A DNA stretch of 64,000 nt from Eledone cirrhosa. Lineage: Eukaryota. The position numbers were made by a program, and so were the translations under genes. Position 1 is the stretch's first letter. Every line of letters starts with the position of its first letter. A model generated the notes under the pieces. That model made no database searches and had not been told where the DNA came from. It saw only the letters and a program-made list of their open reading frames with translations. The DNA lies in NCBI GenBank assembly GCA_964016885.1, contig OZ024741.1:24676001-24740000 (forward strand), in the 5' to 3' direction. Positions 32,641 through 47,500 of the stretch are shown here, in pieces.

Positions 32641-35600
32641 ATCTCTTAGTCAGGTATATATACTCTCTCAGTCAGATATATATATATACTCTCTTAGTCA
32701 GGTATATATACTCTCTCAGTCAGGTATATATACTCCTCTCAGTCAGGTATATATATACTCTCTTAATCAGGTATATATACTCTCTCAGTCAGGTATATAT
32801 AATCTCTCAGTCAGGTATATATACTCTCTCAGTCAGGTATATATACACTCTCTCAGTCAGATATATATACTCTCTCAGTCAGGTATATATATATATACTC
32901 TCTCAGTCAGGTATATATACTCTCTCTGTCAGGTATATATACTCTCTCAGTCAGGTATATATACTCTCTCAGTCAGGTATATATATATATACTCTCTCAG
33001 TCAGGTATATATATATATATACTCTCTTAGTCAGGTATATATACACTCTCTCAGTCAGTTATATATATACTCTCTCAGTCAGGTATATATACTCTCTCAG
33101 TCAGGTATATATACTCTCTCAGTCAGGTATATATACTCTCTCAGTCTGGTATATACACTCTCTCAGTCAGGTATATACACTCTCTCAGTCAGGTATATAT
33201 ACTCTCTCAGTCAGGTATATATATACTCTCTCAGTCAGATATATATATATATATATACTCTCTTAGTCAGGTATATATAATCTCCCAGTCAGATATATAT
33301 ACTCTCTCACTCAGGTATATATATACTCTCTCAGTCGGGTATATATACTTTCTCAGTCAGGTATATATACTCTCTCAGTCAGGTATATACACTCTCTCAG
33401 TCAGGTATATACACTCTCTCAGTCAGGTATATATACTCTCTCAGTCAGGTATATATATACTCTCTCAGTCAGATATATATATATATATATATACTCTCTT
33501 AGTCAGGTATATATAATCTCCCAGTTAGATATATATACTCTCTCAGTCAGGTATATATATACTCTCTCAGTCATATATATATATATATACTCTCTTAGTC
33601 AGGTATATATAATCTCCCAGTCAGGTATATAAACTCTCTCAGTCAGGTATATATACTCTCTCAGTCAGGTATATATATACTCTCTCAGTCAGGTATATAT
33701 ATACTCTCTCAGTCAGATATATATATATACTCTCTTAGTCAGGTATATATATATACTCTCTCAGTCAGGTATATATATACTCTCTCAGTCAGATATATAT
33801 ATATACTCTCTGAGTCAGGTATATATACTCTCTCAGTCAGGTATATATACTCTCTCAGTCAGGTATATATAATCTCTCAGTCAGGTATATATACTCTCTC
33901 AGTCAGGTATATATACTCTCTCAGTCAGGTATATATATACTCTCTCAGTCAGGTAATACACTCTCTCACTCAGATATATATACTCTCTCAGTCAGGTATA
34001 TATATATACTCTCTCAGTCAGGTATATATACTCTCTCAGTCAGGTATATATATACTCTCTCAGTGAGGTATATATATACTCTCTCAGTCAGGTATATATA
34101 CTCTCTCAGTCAGGTATATATATATATACTCTCTTAGTCAGGTATATATACACTCTCTCAGTCAGTTATATATATACTCTCTCAGTCAGGTATATATACT
34201 CTCTCAGTCAGGTATATATACTCTCTCAGTCAGGTATATATATATATACTCTCTTAGTCAGGTATATACACTCTCTCAGTCAGTTATATATATACTCTCA
34301 GTCAGATATATATACTCTCTCAGTCAGGTATATATACTCTCTCAGTCAGGTATATATAATCTCTCAGTCAGGTATATATACTCTCTCAGTCAGGTATATA
34401 TACTCTCTCAGTCAGGTATATATACTCTCTCAGTCAGGTATATATACTCTGTCAGTCAGGTATATATACTCTCTCAGTCAGGTATATATACTCTCTCAGT
34501 CAGGTATATATACTCTCTCAGTCAGGTATATATATACTCTCTCAGTCAGGTATATATACTCTCTCAGTCAGGTATATATACTCTCTCAGTCAGGTATATA
34601 TACTCTCTCAGTCAGGTATATATAATCTCTCAGTCAGGTATATATACTCTCTCAGTCAGGTATATATACTCTCTCAGTCAGGTATATATATACTCTCTCA
34701 GTCAGGTATATATATATACTCTCTCAGTCAGGTATATATACTCTCTCAGTCAGGTATATATACTCTCTCAGTCAGGTATATATACTCTCTCAGTCAGGTA
34801 TATATACTCTCTCAGTCAGGTATATATACTCTCTCAGTCAGGTATATATATACTCTCTCAGTCAGATATATATATATATACTCTCTTAGTCAGGTATATA
34901 TATATACTCTCTCAGTCAGGTATATATATACCCTCTCAGTCAGATATATATATATACTCTCTCAGTCAGGTATATATACTCTCTCAGTCAGGTATATATA
35001 CTCTCTCAGTCAGGTATATATACTCTCAGTCAGGTATATATATATATACTCTCTTAATCAGGTATATATACTCTCTCAGTCAGAGATATATATATATACT
35101 CTCTCAGAGAGGTATCTATACTTTCTCAGTCAGGTATATATAATCTCTCAGTCAGGTATATATACTCTCTCAGTCAGGTATATATACTCTCTCAGTCAGG
35201 TATATACACTCTCTCAGTCAGATATATATACTCTCTCAGTCAGGTATATATATATATACTCTCTGAGTCAGGTATATATACTCTCTGAGTCAGGTATATA
35301 TACTCTCTCAGTCAGGTATATATATACTCTCTCAGTCAGGTATATATATACTCTCTCAGTCAGGTATATATACTCTCTCAGTCAGGTATATATATATATA
35401 CTCTCTCAGTCAGGTATATATACTCTCTCAGTCAGGTATATATACTCTCTCAGCCAGGTATATATACTCTCTCAGTCAGGTATATACACTCTCTCAGTCA
35501 GATATATATACTCTCTCAGTCAGGTATATATATATACTCTCTCAGTCAGGTATATATACTCTCTCAGTCAGGTATATATACTCTCTCAGTCAGGTATATA

Positions 35601-38600
35601 TACTCTCTCAGTCAGGTATATATACTCTCTCAGTCAGGTATATATACTCTCTCAGTCAGGTATATATATACTCTCTCAGTCAGGTATATATACTCTCTCA
35701 GTCAGGTATATATACTCTCTCAGTCAGGTATATACACTCTCTCAGTCAGGTATATACACTCTCTCAGTCAGGTATATATACTCTCTCAGTCAGGTATATA
35801 TATATATATACTCTCTCAGTCAGATATATATATATATATACTCTCTCAGTCAGGTATATATATACTCTCTCAGTCAGATATATATATATATACTCTCTTA
35901 GTCAGGTATATATATATACTCTCTCAGTCAGATATATATATATACTCTCTGAGTCAGGTATATATACTCTCTCAGTCAGGTATATATAATCTCTCAGTCA
36001 GGTATATATACTCTCTCAGTCAGATATATATATATACTCTCTTAGTCAGGTATATATACTCTCTCAGTCAGGTATATATACTCTCTTAATCAGGTATATA
36101 TACTCTCTCAGTCAGAGATATATATATATACTCTCTCAGACAGGTATCTATACTCTCTCAGTCAGGTATATATAATCTCTCAGTCAGGTATATATATATA
36201 TACTCTCTCAGTCAGATATATATACTCTCTCAGTCAGGTATATATATAATCTCTCAGTCAGGTATATATACTCTCTCAGTCAGATATATATACTCTCTCA
36301 GTCAGTTATATATATACTCTCTCAGTCAGGTATATATACTCTCTCAGTCAGGTATATATATATATACTCTCTCAGTCAGGTATATATATATATATACTCT
36401 CTTAGTCAGGTATATATACTCTCTCAGTCAGGTATATATACTCTCTCAGTCAGGTATATATATATATATATACTCTCTCAGTCAGGTATATATATATATA
36501 CTCTCTTAGTCAGGTATATACACTCTCTCAGTCAGTTATATATATACTCTCAGTCAGATATATATACTCTCTCAGTCAGGTATATATACTCTCTCAGTCA
36601 GGTATATATACTCTCTCAGTCAGGTATATATACTCTCTCAGTCAGGTATATATAATCTCTCAGTCAGGTATATATACTCTCTCAGTCAGGTATATATACT
36701 CTCTCAGTCAGATATATATACTCTCTCAGTCAGGTATATATACTCTCTCAGTCAGGTATATATACTCTCTCAGTCAGGTATATATAATCTCTCATTCAGA
36801 TATATATACTCTCTCAGTCAGGTATATATATACTCTCTCAGTCAGGTATATATACACTCTCAGTCAGGTATATATACTCTCTCAGTCAGGTATATATACT
36901 CTCTCAGTCAGGTATATATACTCTCTCAGTCAGGTATATATAATCTCTCAGTCAGGTATATATACTCTCTCAGTCAGGTATATATATATATACTCTCTTA
37001 ATCAGGTATATATACTCTCAGTCAGAGATATATATATATACTCTCTCAGACAGGTATCTATACTCTCTCAGTCAGGTATATATAATCTCTCAGTCAGGTA
37101 TATATACTCTCTCAGTCAGGTATATATACACTCTCTCAGTCAGGTATATATATACTCTCTCAGTCAGGTATATATATACTCTCTCAGTCAGGTATATATA
37201 CTCTCTCAGTCAGGAATATATATATATACTCTCTTAGTCAGGTATATATACACTCTCTCAGTCAGTTACATATATACTATCTCAGTCAGGTATATATACT
37301 CTCTCAGTCAGGTATATATACTCTCTCAGTCAGGTATATATACTCTTTCAGTCAGGTATATATACTCTCTCAGTCAGGTATATATACTCTCTCAGTCAGG
37401 TATATATATACTCTCTCAGTCAGGTATATATACTCTCTCAGTCAGGTATATATACTCTCTCTGTCAGGTATATATACTCTCTCAGTCAGGTATATATATA
37501 TATATACTCTCTCAGTCAGGTATATATATATATACTCTCTTAGTCAGGTATATACACGCTCTCAGTCAGTTATATATATACTCTCTCAGTCAGGTATATA
37601 TACTCTCTCAGTCAGGTATATATACTCTCTCAGTCAGGTATATATACTCTCTCAGTCAGGTATATATACTCTTTCAGTCAGGTATATATACTCTCTCTGT
37701 CAGGTATATATACTCTCTCAGTGAGGTATATATATACTCTCTCAGTCAGGTATATATACTCTCTCAGTCAGGTATATATACTCTCTCAGTCAGGTATATA
37801 TACTCTCTCAGTCAGGTATATATACTCTTTCAGTCAGGTATATATACTCTCTCAGTTAGGTATATATACTCTCTCAGTCAGGTATATATATACTCTCTCA
37901 GTCAGGTATATATACTCTCTCAGTCAGGTATATATACTCTCTCAGTCAGGTATATATACTCTCTCAGTCAGGTATATATACTCTCTCAGTCAGGTATATA
38001 TACTCTCTCAGTCAGGTATATATACTCTCTCAGTCAGGTATATATACACTCTCTCAGTCAGATATATATATATATACTCTCTTAGTCAGGTATATATATA
38101 TATACTCTCTCAGTCAGGTATATATATACTCTCTCAGTCAGATATATATATATATACTCTCTCAGTCAGGTATATATACTCTCTCAGTCAGGTATATATA
38201 CTCTCTCAGTCAGGTATATATAATCTCTTAGTCAGGTATATATACTCTCTCAGTCAGATATATATATATACTCTCTTAGTCAGGTATATATGCTCTCTCA
38301 GTCAGGTATATATACTCCTCTCAGTCAGGTATATATATATATACTCTCTTAGTCAGGTATATATACTCTCTCAGTCAGGTATATATAATCTCTCAGTCAG
38401 GTATATATACTCTCTCAGTCAGGTATATATATACTCTCTCAGTCAGGTATATATACTCTCTCAGTCAGGTATATATACTCTCTCAGTCAGGTATATATAC
38501 TCTCTCAGTCAGGTATATATACTCTCTCAGTCAGGTATATATATATATACACTCTCATAGTAAGGTATATATAATCTCTCAGTCAGATATATATACTCTC

Positions 38601-38819
38601 TCAGTCAGGTATATATACTCTCTCAGGCAGGTATATATACTCTCTCAGTCAGGTATATATAATCTCTCAGTCAGGTATATATACTCTCTCAGTCAGGTAT
38701 ATATATATACTCTCTCAGTCAGGTATATATATATATACTCTCTCAGTCAGGTATATATATATATATATACTCTCTTAGTCAGGTATATAGACTCTCTCAG
38801 TCAGGTATATATACTCTCT

Positions 38820-41510
38820 CAGTCAGGTATATATATATATACTCTCTTAGTCAGGTATATATACTCTCTCAGTCAGGTATATATATATATATACTCTCTT
38901 AGTCAGGTATATATACTCTCTCAGTCAGGTATATATAATCTCTCAGTCAGGTATATATACTCTCTCAGTCAGGTATATATACTCTCTCAGTCAGGTATAT
39001 ACACTCTCTCAGTCAGTTATATATATACTCTCTCAGTCAGGTATATATACTCTCTCAGTCAGGTATATATATATATACTCTCTCAGTCAGGTATATATAT
39101 ATATACTCTCTTAGTCAGGTATATATACTCTCTCAGTCAGGTATATATACTCTCTCAGTCAGGTATATATATATATATACTCTCTCAGTCAGGTATATAT
39201 ATATATACTCTCTTAGTCAGGTATATACACTCTCTCAGTCAGTTATATACACTCTCTCAGTCAGGTATATATAATCTCTCAGTCAGGTATATATACTCTC
39301 TCAGTCAGGTATATATACTCTCTCAGTCAGATATATATATACTCTCTCAGTCAGGTATATATACTCTCTCAGTCAGGTATATATACTCTCTCAGTCAGGT
39401 ATATATACTCTCTCAGTCAGGTATATATACTCTCTCAGTCAGGTATATATACTCTCTCAGTCAGGTATATATACTCTCTCAGTCAGGTATATATAATCTC
39501 TCAGTCAGGTATATATACTCTCTCAGTCAGGTATATATACTCTCTCAGTCAGATATATATACTCTCTCAGTCAGGTATATATACTCTCTCAGTCAGGTAT
39601 ATATACTCTCTCAGTCAGGTATATATAATCTCTCAGTCAGATATATATACTCTCTCAGTCAGGTATATATATACTCTCGCAGTCAGGTATATATACTCTC
39701 TCAGTCAGGTATATATACTCTCTCAGTCAGGTATATATACTCTCTCAGTCAGGTATATACAATCTCTCAGTCAGGTATACATACTCTCTCAGTCAGGTAT
39801 ATATATACTCTCTCAATCAGATATATATATATATACTCTCTTAGTCAGGTATATATATATACTCTCTCAGTCAGGTATATATATACTCTCTCAGTCAGAT
39901 ATATATATATACTCTCTCAGTCAGGTATATATACTCTCTCAGTCAGGTATATATACTCTCTCAGTCAGGTATATATAATCTCTCAGTCAGGTATATATAC
40001 TCTCTCAGTCAGAGATATATATATATACTCTCTCAGACAGGTATCTATACTCTCTGTCAGGTATATATAATCTCTCAGTCAGGTATATATACTCTCTCAG
40101 TCAGGTATATATACACTCTCTCAGTCAGATATATATACTCTCTCAGTCAGGTATATATATATACTCTCTCAGTCAGGTATATATACTCTCTCAGTCAGGT
40201 ATATATATATATACTCTCTTAGTCAGGTATATATACTCTCTCAGTCAGGTATATATATATATATACTCTCTTAGTCAGGTATATATACTCTCTCAGTCAG
40301 GTATATATAATCTCTCAGTCAGGTATATATACTCTCTCAGTCAGGTATATATACTCTCTCAGTCAGGTATATACACTCTCTCAGTCAGTTATATATATAC
40401 TCTCTCAGTCAGGTATATATACTCTCTCAGTCAGGTATATATATATATACTCTCTCAGTCAGGTATATATATATATACTCTCTTAGTCAGGTATATATAC
40501 TCTCTCAGTCAGGTATATATACTCTCTCAGTCAGGTATATATATATATATACTCTCTCAGTCAGGTATATATATATATACTCTCTTAGTCAGGTATATAC
40601 ACTCTCTCAGTCAGTTATATACACTCTCTCAGTCAGGTATATATAATCTCTCAGTCAGGTATATATACTCTCTCAGTCAGGTATATATACTCTCTCAGTC
40701 AGATATATATATACTCTCTCAGTCAGGTATATATACTCTCTCAGTCAGGTATATATACTCTCTCAGTCAGGTATATATACTCTCTCAGTCAGGTATATAT
40801 AATCTCTCAGTCAGGTATATATACTCTCTCAGTCAGGTATATATACTCTCTCAGTCAGATATATATACTCTCTCAGTCAGGTATATATACTCTCTCAGTC
40901 AGGTATATATACTCTCTCAGTCAGGTATATATAATCTCTCAGTCAGATATATATACTCTCTCAGTCAGGTATATATATACTCTCGCAGTCAGGTATATAT
41001 ACTCTCTCAGTCAGGTATATATACTCTCTCAGTCAGGTATATATACTCTCTCAGTCAGGTATATACAATCTCTCAGTCAGGTATACATACTCTCTCAGTC
41101 AGGTATATATATACTCTCTCAATCAGATATATATATATATACTCTCTTAGTCAGGTATATATATATACTCTCTCAGTCAGGTATATATATACTCTCTCAG
41201 TCAGATATATATATATACTCTCTCAGTCAGGTATATATACTCTCTCAGTCAGGTATATATACTCTCTCAGTCAGGTATATATAATCTCTCAGTCAGGTAT
41301 ATATACTCTCTCAGTCAGAGATATATATATATACTCTCTCAGACAGGTATCTATACTCTCTGTCAGGTATATATAATCTCTCAGTCAGGTATATATACTC
41401 TCTCAGTCAGGTATATATACACTCTCTCAGTCAGATATATATACTCTCTCAGTCAGGTATATATATATACTCTCTCAGTCAGGTATATATACTCTCTCAG
41501 TCAGGTATAT
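38820..41510 (+). repeat. Nested ~1.3-1.37 kb tandem duplication inside the 11.1 kb unit (copy 1)
   Basis: The CTCGCAG...TACAATC...TATACATAC...CAATCAG cassette is at 39678 and 40984 (offset 1306), with the preceding monomer order also repeated. Confidence 0.88.
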
Positions 41511-44500
41511 ATATATATACTCTCTTAGTCAGGTATATATACACTCTCTCAGTCAGTTACATATATACTCTCTCCTTCAGGTATATATACTCTCTCAGTC
41601 AGGTATATATACTCTCTCAGTCAGGTATATATACTCTTTCAGTCAGGTATATATACTCTCTCAGTCAGGTATATATACTCTCTCAGTCAGGTATATATAT
41701 ACTCTCTCAGTCAGGTATATATACTCTCTCAGTCAGGTATATATACTCTCTCAGTCAGGTATATATACTCTCTCAGTCAGGTATATATATATACACTCTC
41801 TCAGTCAGGTATATATAATCTCTCAGTCAGATATATATACTCTCTCAGTCAGGTATATATACTCTCTCAGTCAGGTATATATACTCTCTCAGTCAGGTAT
41901 ATATACTCTCTCAGTCAGGTATATATATAATCTCTCAGTCAGTTATATATATATACTCTCTCAGTCAGGTATATATACTCTCTCAGTCAGGTATATATAC
42001 TCTCTCAGTCAGGTATATATACTCTCTCAGTCAGGTATATATACTCTCTCAGTCAGGTTTATATATACTCTCTCAGTCAGATATATATATATATACTCTC
42101 TTAGTCAGGTATATATATATACTCTCTCAGTCAGGTATATATATACTCTCTCAGTCAGATATATATACTCTCTCAGTCAGGTATATATACTCTCTCAGTC
42201 AGGTATATATACTCTCTCAGTCAGGTATATATAATCTCTCAGTCAGATATATATACTCTCTCAGTCAGGTATATATATACTCTCGCAGTCAGGTATATAT
42301 ACTCTCTCAGTCAGGTATATATACTCTCTCAGTCAGGTATATATACTCTCTCAGTCAGGTATATACAATCTCTCAGTCAGGTATACATACTCTCTCAGTC
42401 AGGTATATATATACTCTCTCAATCAGATATATATATATATACTCTCTTAGTCAGGTATATATATATACTCTCTCAGTCAGGTATATATATAATCTCTCAG
42501 TCAGATATATATATATACTCTCTCAGTCAGGTATATATACTCTCTCAGTCACGTATATATACTCTCTCAGTCAGGTATATATAATCTCTCAGTCAGGTAT
42601 ATATACTCTCTCAGTCAGAGATATATATATATACTCTCTCAGACAGGTATCTATACTCTCTGTCAGGTATATATAATCTCTCAGTCAGGTATATATACTC
42701 TCTCAGTCAGGTATATATACACTCTCTCAGTCAGATATATATACTCTCTCAGTCAGGTATATATATATACTCTCTCAGTCAGGTATATATACTCTCTCAG
42801 TCAGGTATATATACTCTCTCAGTCAGGTATATATAATCTCTCAGTCAGGTATATATACTCTCTCAGTCAGGTATATATACACTCTCTCAGTCAGGTATAT
42901 ATATACTCTCTCAGTCAGGTATATATATACTCTCTCAGTCAGGTATATATACTCTCTCAGTCAGGTATATATATATATACTCTCTTAGTCAGGTATATAT
43001 ACACTCTCTCAGTCAGTTACATATATACTCTCTCCTTCAGGTATATATACTCTCTCAGTCAGGTATATATACTCTCTCAGTCAGGTATATATACTCTTTC
43101 AGTCAGGTATATATACTCTCTCAGTCAGGTATATATACTCTCTCAGTCAGGTATATATATACTCTCTCAGTCAGGTATATATACTCTCTCAGTCAGGTAT
43201 ATATACTCTCTCAGTCAGGTATATATACTCTCTCAGTCAGGTATATATATATACACTCTCTCAGTCAGGTATATATAATCTCTCAGTCAGATATATATAC
43301 TCTCTCAGTCAGGTATATATACTCTCTCAGTCAGGTATATATACTCTCTCAGTCAGGTATATATACTCTCTCAGTCAGGTATATATATAATCTCTCAGTC
43401 AGTTATATATATATACTCTCTCAGTCAGGTATATATACTCTCTCAGTCAGGTATATATACTCTCTCAGTCAGGTATATATATAATCTCTCAGTCAGTTAT
43501 ATATATATACTCTCTCAGTCAGGTATATATACTCTCTCAGTCAGGTATATATAATCTCTTAGTCAGGTATATATACTCTCTCAGTCAGGTATATATATAC
43601 TCTCTCAGTCAGATATATATATATACTCTCTTAGTCAGGTATATATATATACTCTCTCAGTCAGGTATATATATACTCTCTCAGTCAGGTATATATACTC
43701 TCTCAGTCAGGTATATATACTCTCTCAGTCAGGTATATATAATCTCTTAGTCAGGTATATATACTCTCTCAGTCAGATATATATATATACTCTCTTAGTC
43801 AGGTATATATACTCTCTCAGTCAGGTATATATACTCCTCTCAGTCAGGTATATATATACTCTCTTAATCAGGTATATATACTCTCTCAGTCAGGTATATA
43901 TAATCTCTCAGTCAGGTATATATACTCTCTCAGTCAGGTATATATACACTCTCTCAGTCAGATATATATACTCTCTCAGTCAGGTATATATATATATACT
44001 CTCTCAGTCAGGTATATATACTCTCTCTGTCAGGTATATATACTCTCTCAGTCAGGTATATATACTCTCTCAGTCAGGTATATATATATATACTCTCTCA
44101 GTCAGGTATATATATATATATACTCTCTTAGTCAGGTATATATACACTCTCTCAGTCAGTTATATATATACTCTCTCAGTCAGGTATATATACTCTCTCA
44201 GTCAGGTATATATACTCTCTCAGTCAGGTATATATACTCTCTCAGTCTGGTATATACACTCTCTCAGTCAGGTATATACACTCTCTCAGTCAGGTATATA
44301 TACTCTCTCAGTCAGGTATATATATACTCTCTCAGTCAGATATATATATATATATATACTCTCTTAGTCAGGTATATATAATCTCCCAGTCAGATATATA
44401 TACTCTCTCACTCAGGTATATATATACTCTCTCAGTCGGGTATATATACTTTCTCAGTCAGGTATATATACTCTCTCAGTCAGGTATATACACTCTCTCA

Positions 44501-47500
44501 GTCAGGTATATACACTCTCTCAGTCAGGTATATATACTCTCTCAGTCAGGTATATATATACTCTCTCAGTCAGATATATATATATATATATATACTCTCT
44601 TAGTCAGGTATATATAATCTCCCAGTTAGATATATATACTCTCTCAGTCAGGTATATATATACTCTCTCAGTCATATATATATATATATACTCTCTTAGT
44701 CAGGTATATATAATCTCCCAGTCAGGTATATAAACTCTCTCAGTCAGGTATATATACTCTCTCAGTCAGGTATATATATACTCTCTCAGTCAGGTATATA
44801 TATACTCTCTCAGTCAGATATATATATATACTCTCTTAGTCAGGTATATATATATACTCTCTCAGTCAGGTATATATATACTCTCTCAGTCAGATATATA
44901 TATATACTCTCTGAGTCAGGTATATATACTCTCTCAGTCAGGTATATATACTCTCTCAGTCAGGTATATATAACCTCTCAGTCAGGTATATATACTCTCT
45001 CAGTCAGGTATATATACTCTCTCAGTCAGGTATATATATACTCTCTCAGTCAGGTAATACACTCTCTCACTCAGATATATATACTCTCTCAGTCAGGTAT
45101 ATATATATACTCTCTCAGTCAGGTATATATACTCTCTCAGTCAGGTATATATATACTCTCTCAGTGAGGTATATATATACTCTCTCAGTCAGGTATATAT
45201 ACTCTCTCAGTCAGGTATATATATATATACTCTCTTAGTCAGGTATATATACACTCTCTCAGTCAGTTATATATATACTCTCTCAGTCAGGTATATATAC
45301 TCTCTCAGTCAGGTATATATACTCTCTCAGTCAGGTATATATATATATACTCTCTTAGTCAGGTATATACACTCTCTCAGTCAGTTATATATATACTCTC
45401 AGTCAGATATATATACTCTCTCAGTCAGGTATATATACTCTCTCAGTCAGGTATATATAATCTCTCAGTCAGGTATATATACTCTCTCAGTCAGGTATAT
45501 ATACTCTCTCAGTCAGGTATATATACTCTCTCAGTCAGGTATATATACTCTGTCAGTCAGGTATATATACTCTCTCAGTCAGGTATATATACTCTCTCAG
45601 TCAGGTATATATACTCTCTCAGTCAGGTATATATATACTCTCTCAGTCAGGTATATATACTCTCTCAGTCAGGTATATATACTCTCTCAGTCAGGTATAT
45701 ATACTCTCTCAGTCAGGTATATATAATCTCTCAGTCAGGTATATATACTCTCTCAGTCAGGTATATATACTCTCTCAGTCAGGTATATATATACTCTCTC
45801 AGTCAGGTATATATATATACTCTCTCAGTCAGGTATATATACTCTCTCAGTCAGGTATATATACTCTCTCAGTCAGGTATATATACTCTCTCAGTCAGGT
45901 ATATATACTCTCTCAGTCAGGTATATATACTCTCTCAGTCAGGTATATATATACTCTCTCAGTCAGATATATATATATATACTCTCTTAGTCAGGTATAT
46001 ATATATACTCTCTCAGTCAGGTATATATATACCCTCTCAGTCAGATATATATATATACTCTCTCAGTCAGGTATATATACTCTCTCAGTCAGGTATATAT
46101 ACTCTCTCAGTCAGGTATATATACTCTCAGTCAGGTATATATATATATACTCTCTTAATCAGGTATATATACTCTCTCAGTCAGAGATATATATATATAC
46201 TCTCTCAGAGAGGTATCTATACTTTCTCAGTCAGGTATATATAATCTCTCAGTCAGGTATATATACTCTCTCAGTCAGGTATATATACTCTCTCAGTCAG
46301 GTATATACACTCTCTCAGTCAGATATATATACTCTCTCAGTCAGGTATATATATATATACTCTCTGAGTCAGGTATATATACTCTCTGAGTCAGGTATAT
46401 ATACTCTCTCAGTCAGGTATATATATACTCTCTCAGTCAGGTATATATATACTCTCTCAGTCAGGTATATATACTCTCTCAGTCAGGTATATATATATAT
46501 ACTCTCTCAGTCAGGTATATATACTCTCTCAGTCAGGTATATATACTCTCTCAGCCAGGTATATATACTCTCTCAGTCAGGTATATACACTCTCTCAGTC
46601 AGATATATATACTCTCTCAGTCAGGTATATATATATACTCTCTCAGTCAGGTATATATACTCTCTCAGTCAGGTATATATACTCTCTCAGTCAGGTATAT
46701 ATACTCTCTCAGTCAGGTATATATACTCTCTCAGTCAGGTATATATACTCTCTCAGTCAGGTATATATATACTCTCTCAGTCAGGTATATATACTCTCTC
46801 AGTCAGGTATATATACTCTCTCAGTCAGGTATATACACTCTCTCAGTCAGGTATATACACTCTCTCAGTCAGGTATATATACTCTCTCAGTCAGGTATAT
46901 ATATATATATACTCTCTCAGTCAGATATATATATATATATACTCTCTCAGTCAGGTATATATATACTCTCTCAGTCAGATATATATATATATACTCTCTT
47001 AGTCAGGTATATATATATACTCTCTCAGTCAGATATATATATATACTCTCTGAGTCAGGTATATATACTCTCTCAGTCAGGTATATATAATCTCTCAGTC
47101 AGGTATATATACTCTCTCAGTCAGATATATATATATACTCTCTTAGTCAGGTATATATACTCTCTCAGTCAGGTATATATACTCTCTTAATCAGGTATAT
47201 ATACTCTCTCAGTCAGAGATATATATATATACTCTCTCAGACAGGTATCTATACTCTCTCAGTCAGGTATATATAATCTCTCAGTCAGGTATATATATAT
47301 ATACTCTCTCAGTCAGATATATATACTCTCTCAGTCAGGTATATATATAATCTCTCAGTCAGGTATATATACTCTCTCAGTCAGATATATATACTCTCTC
47401 AGTCAGTTATATATATACTCTCTCAGTCAGGTATATATACTCTCTCAGTCAGGTATATATATATATACTCTCTCAGTCAGGTATATATATATATATACTC

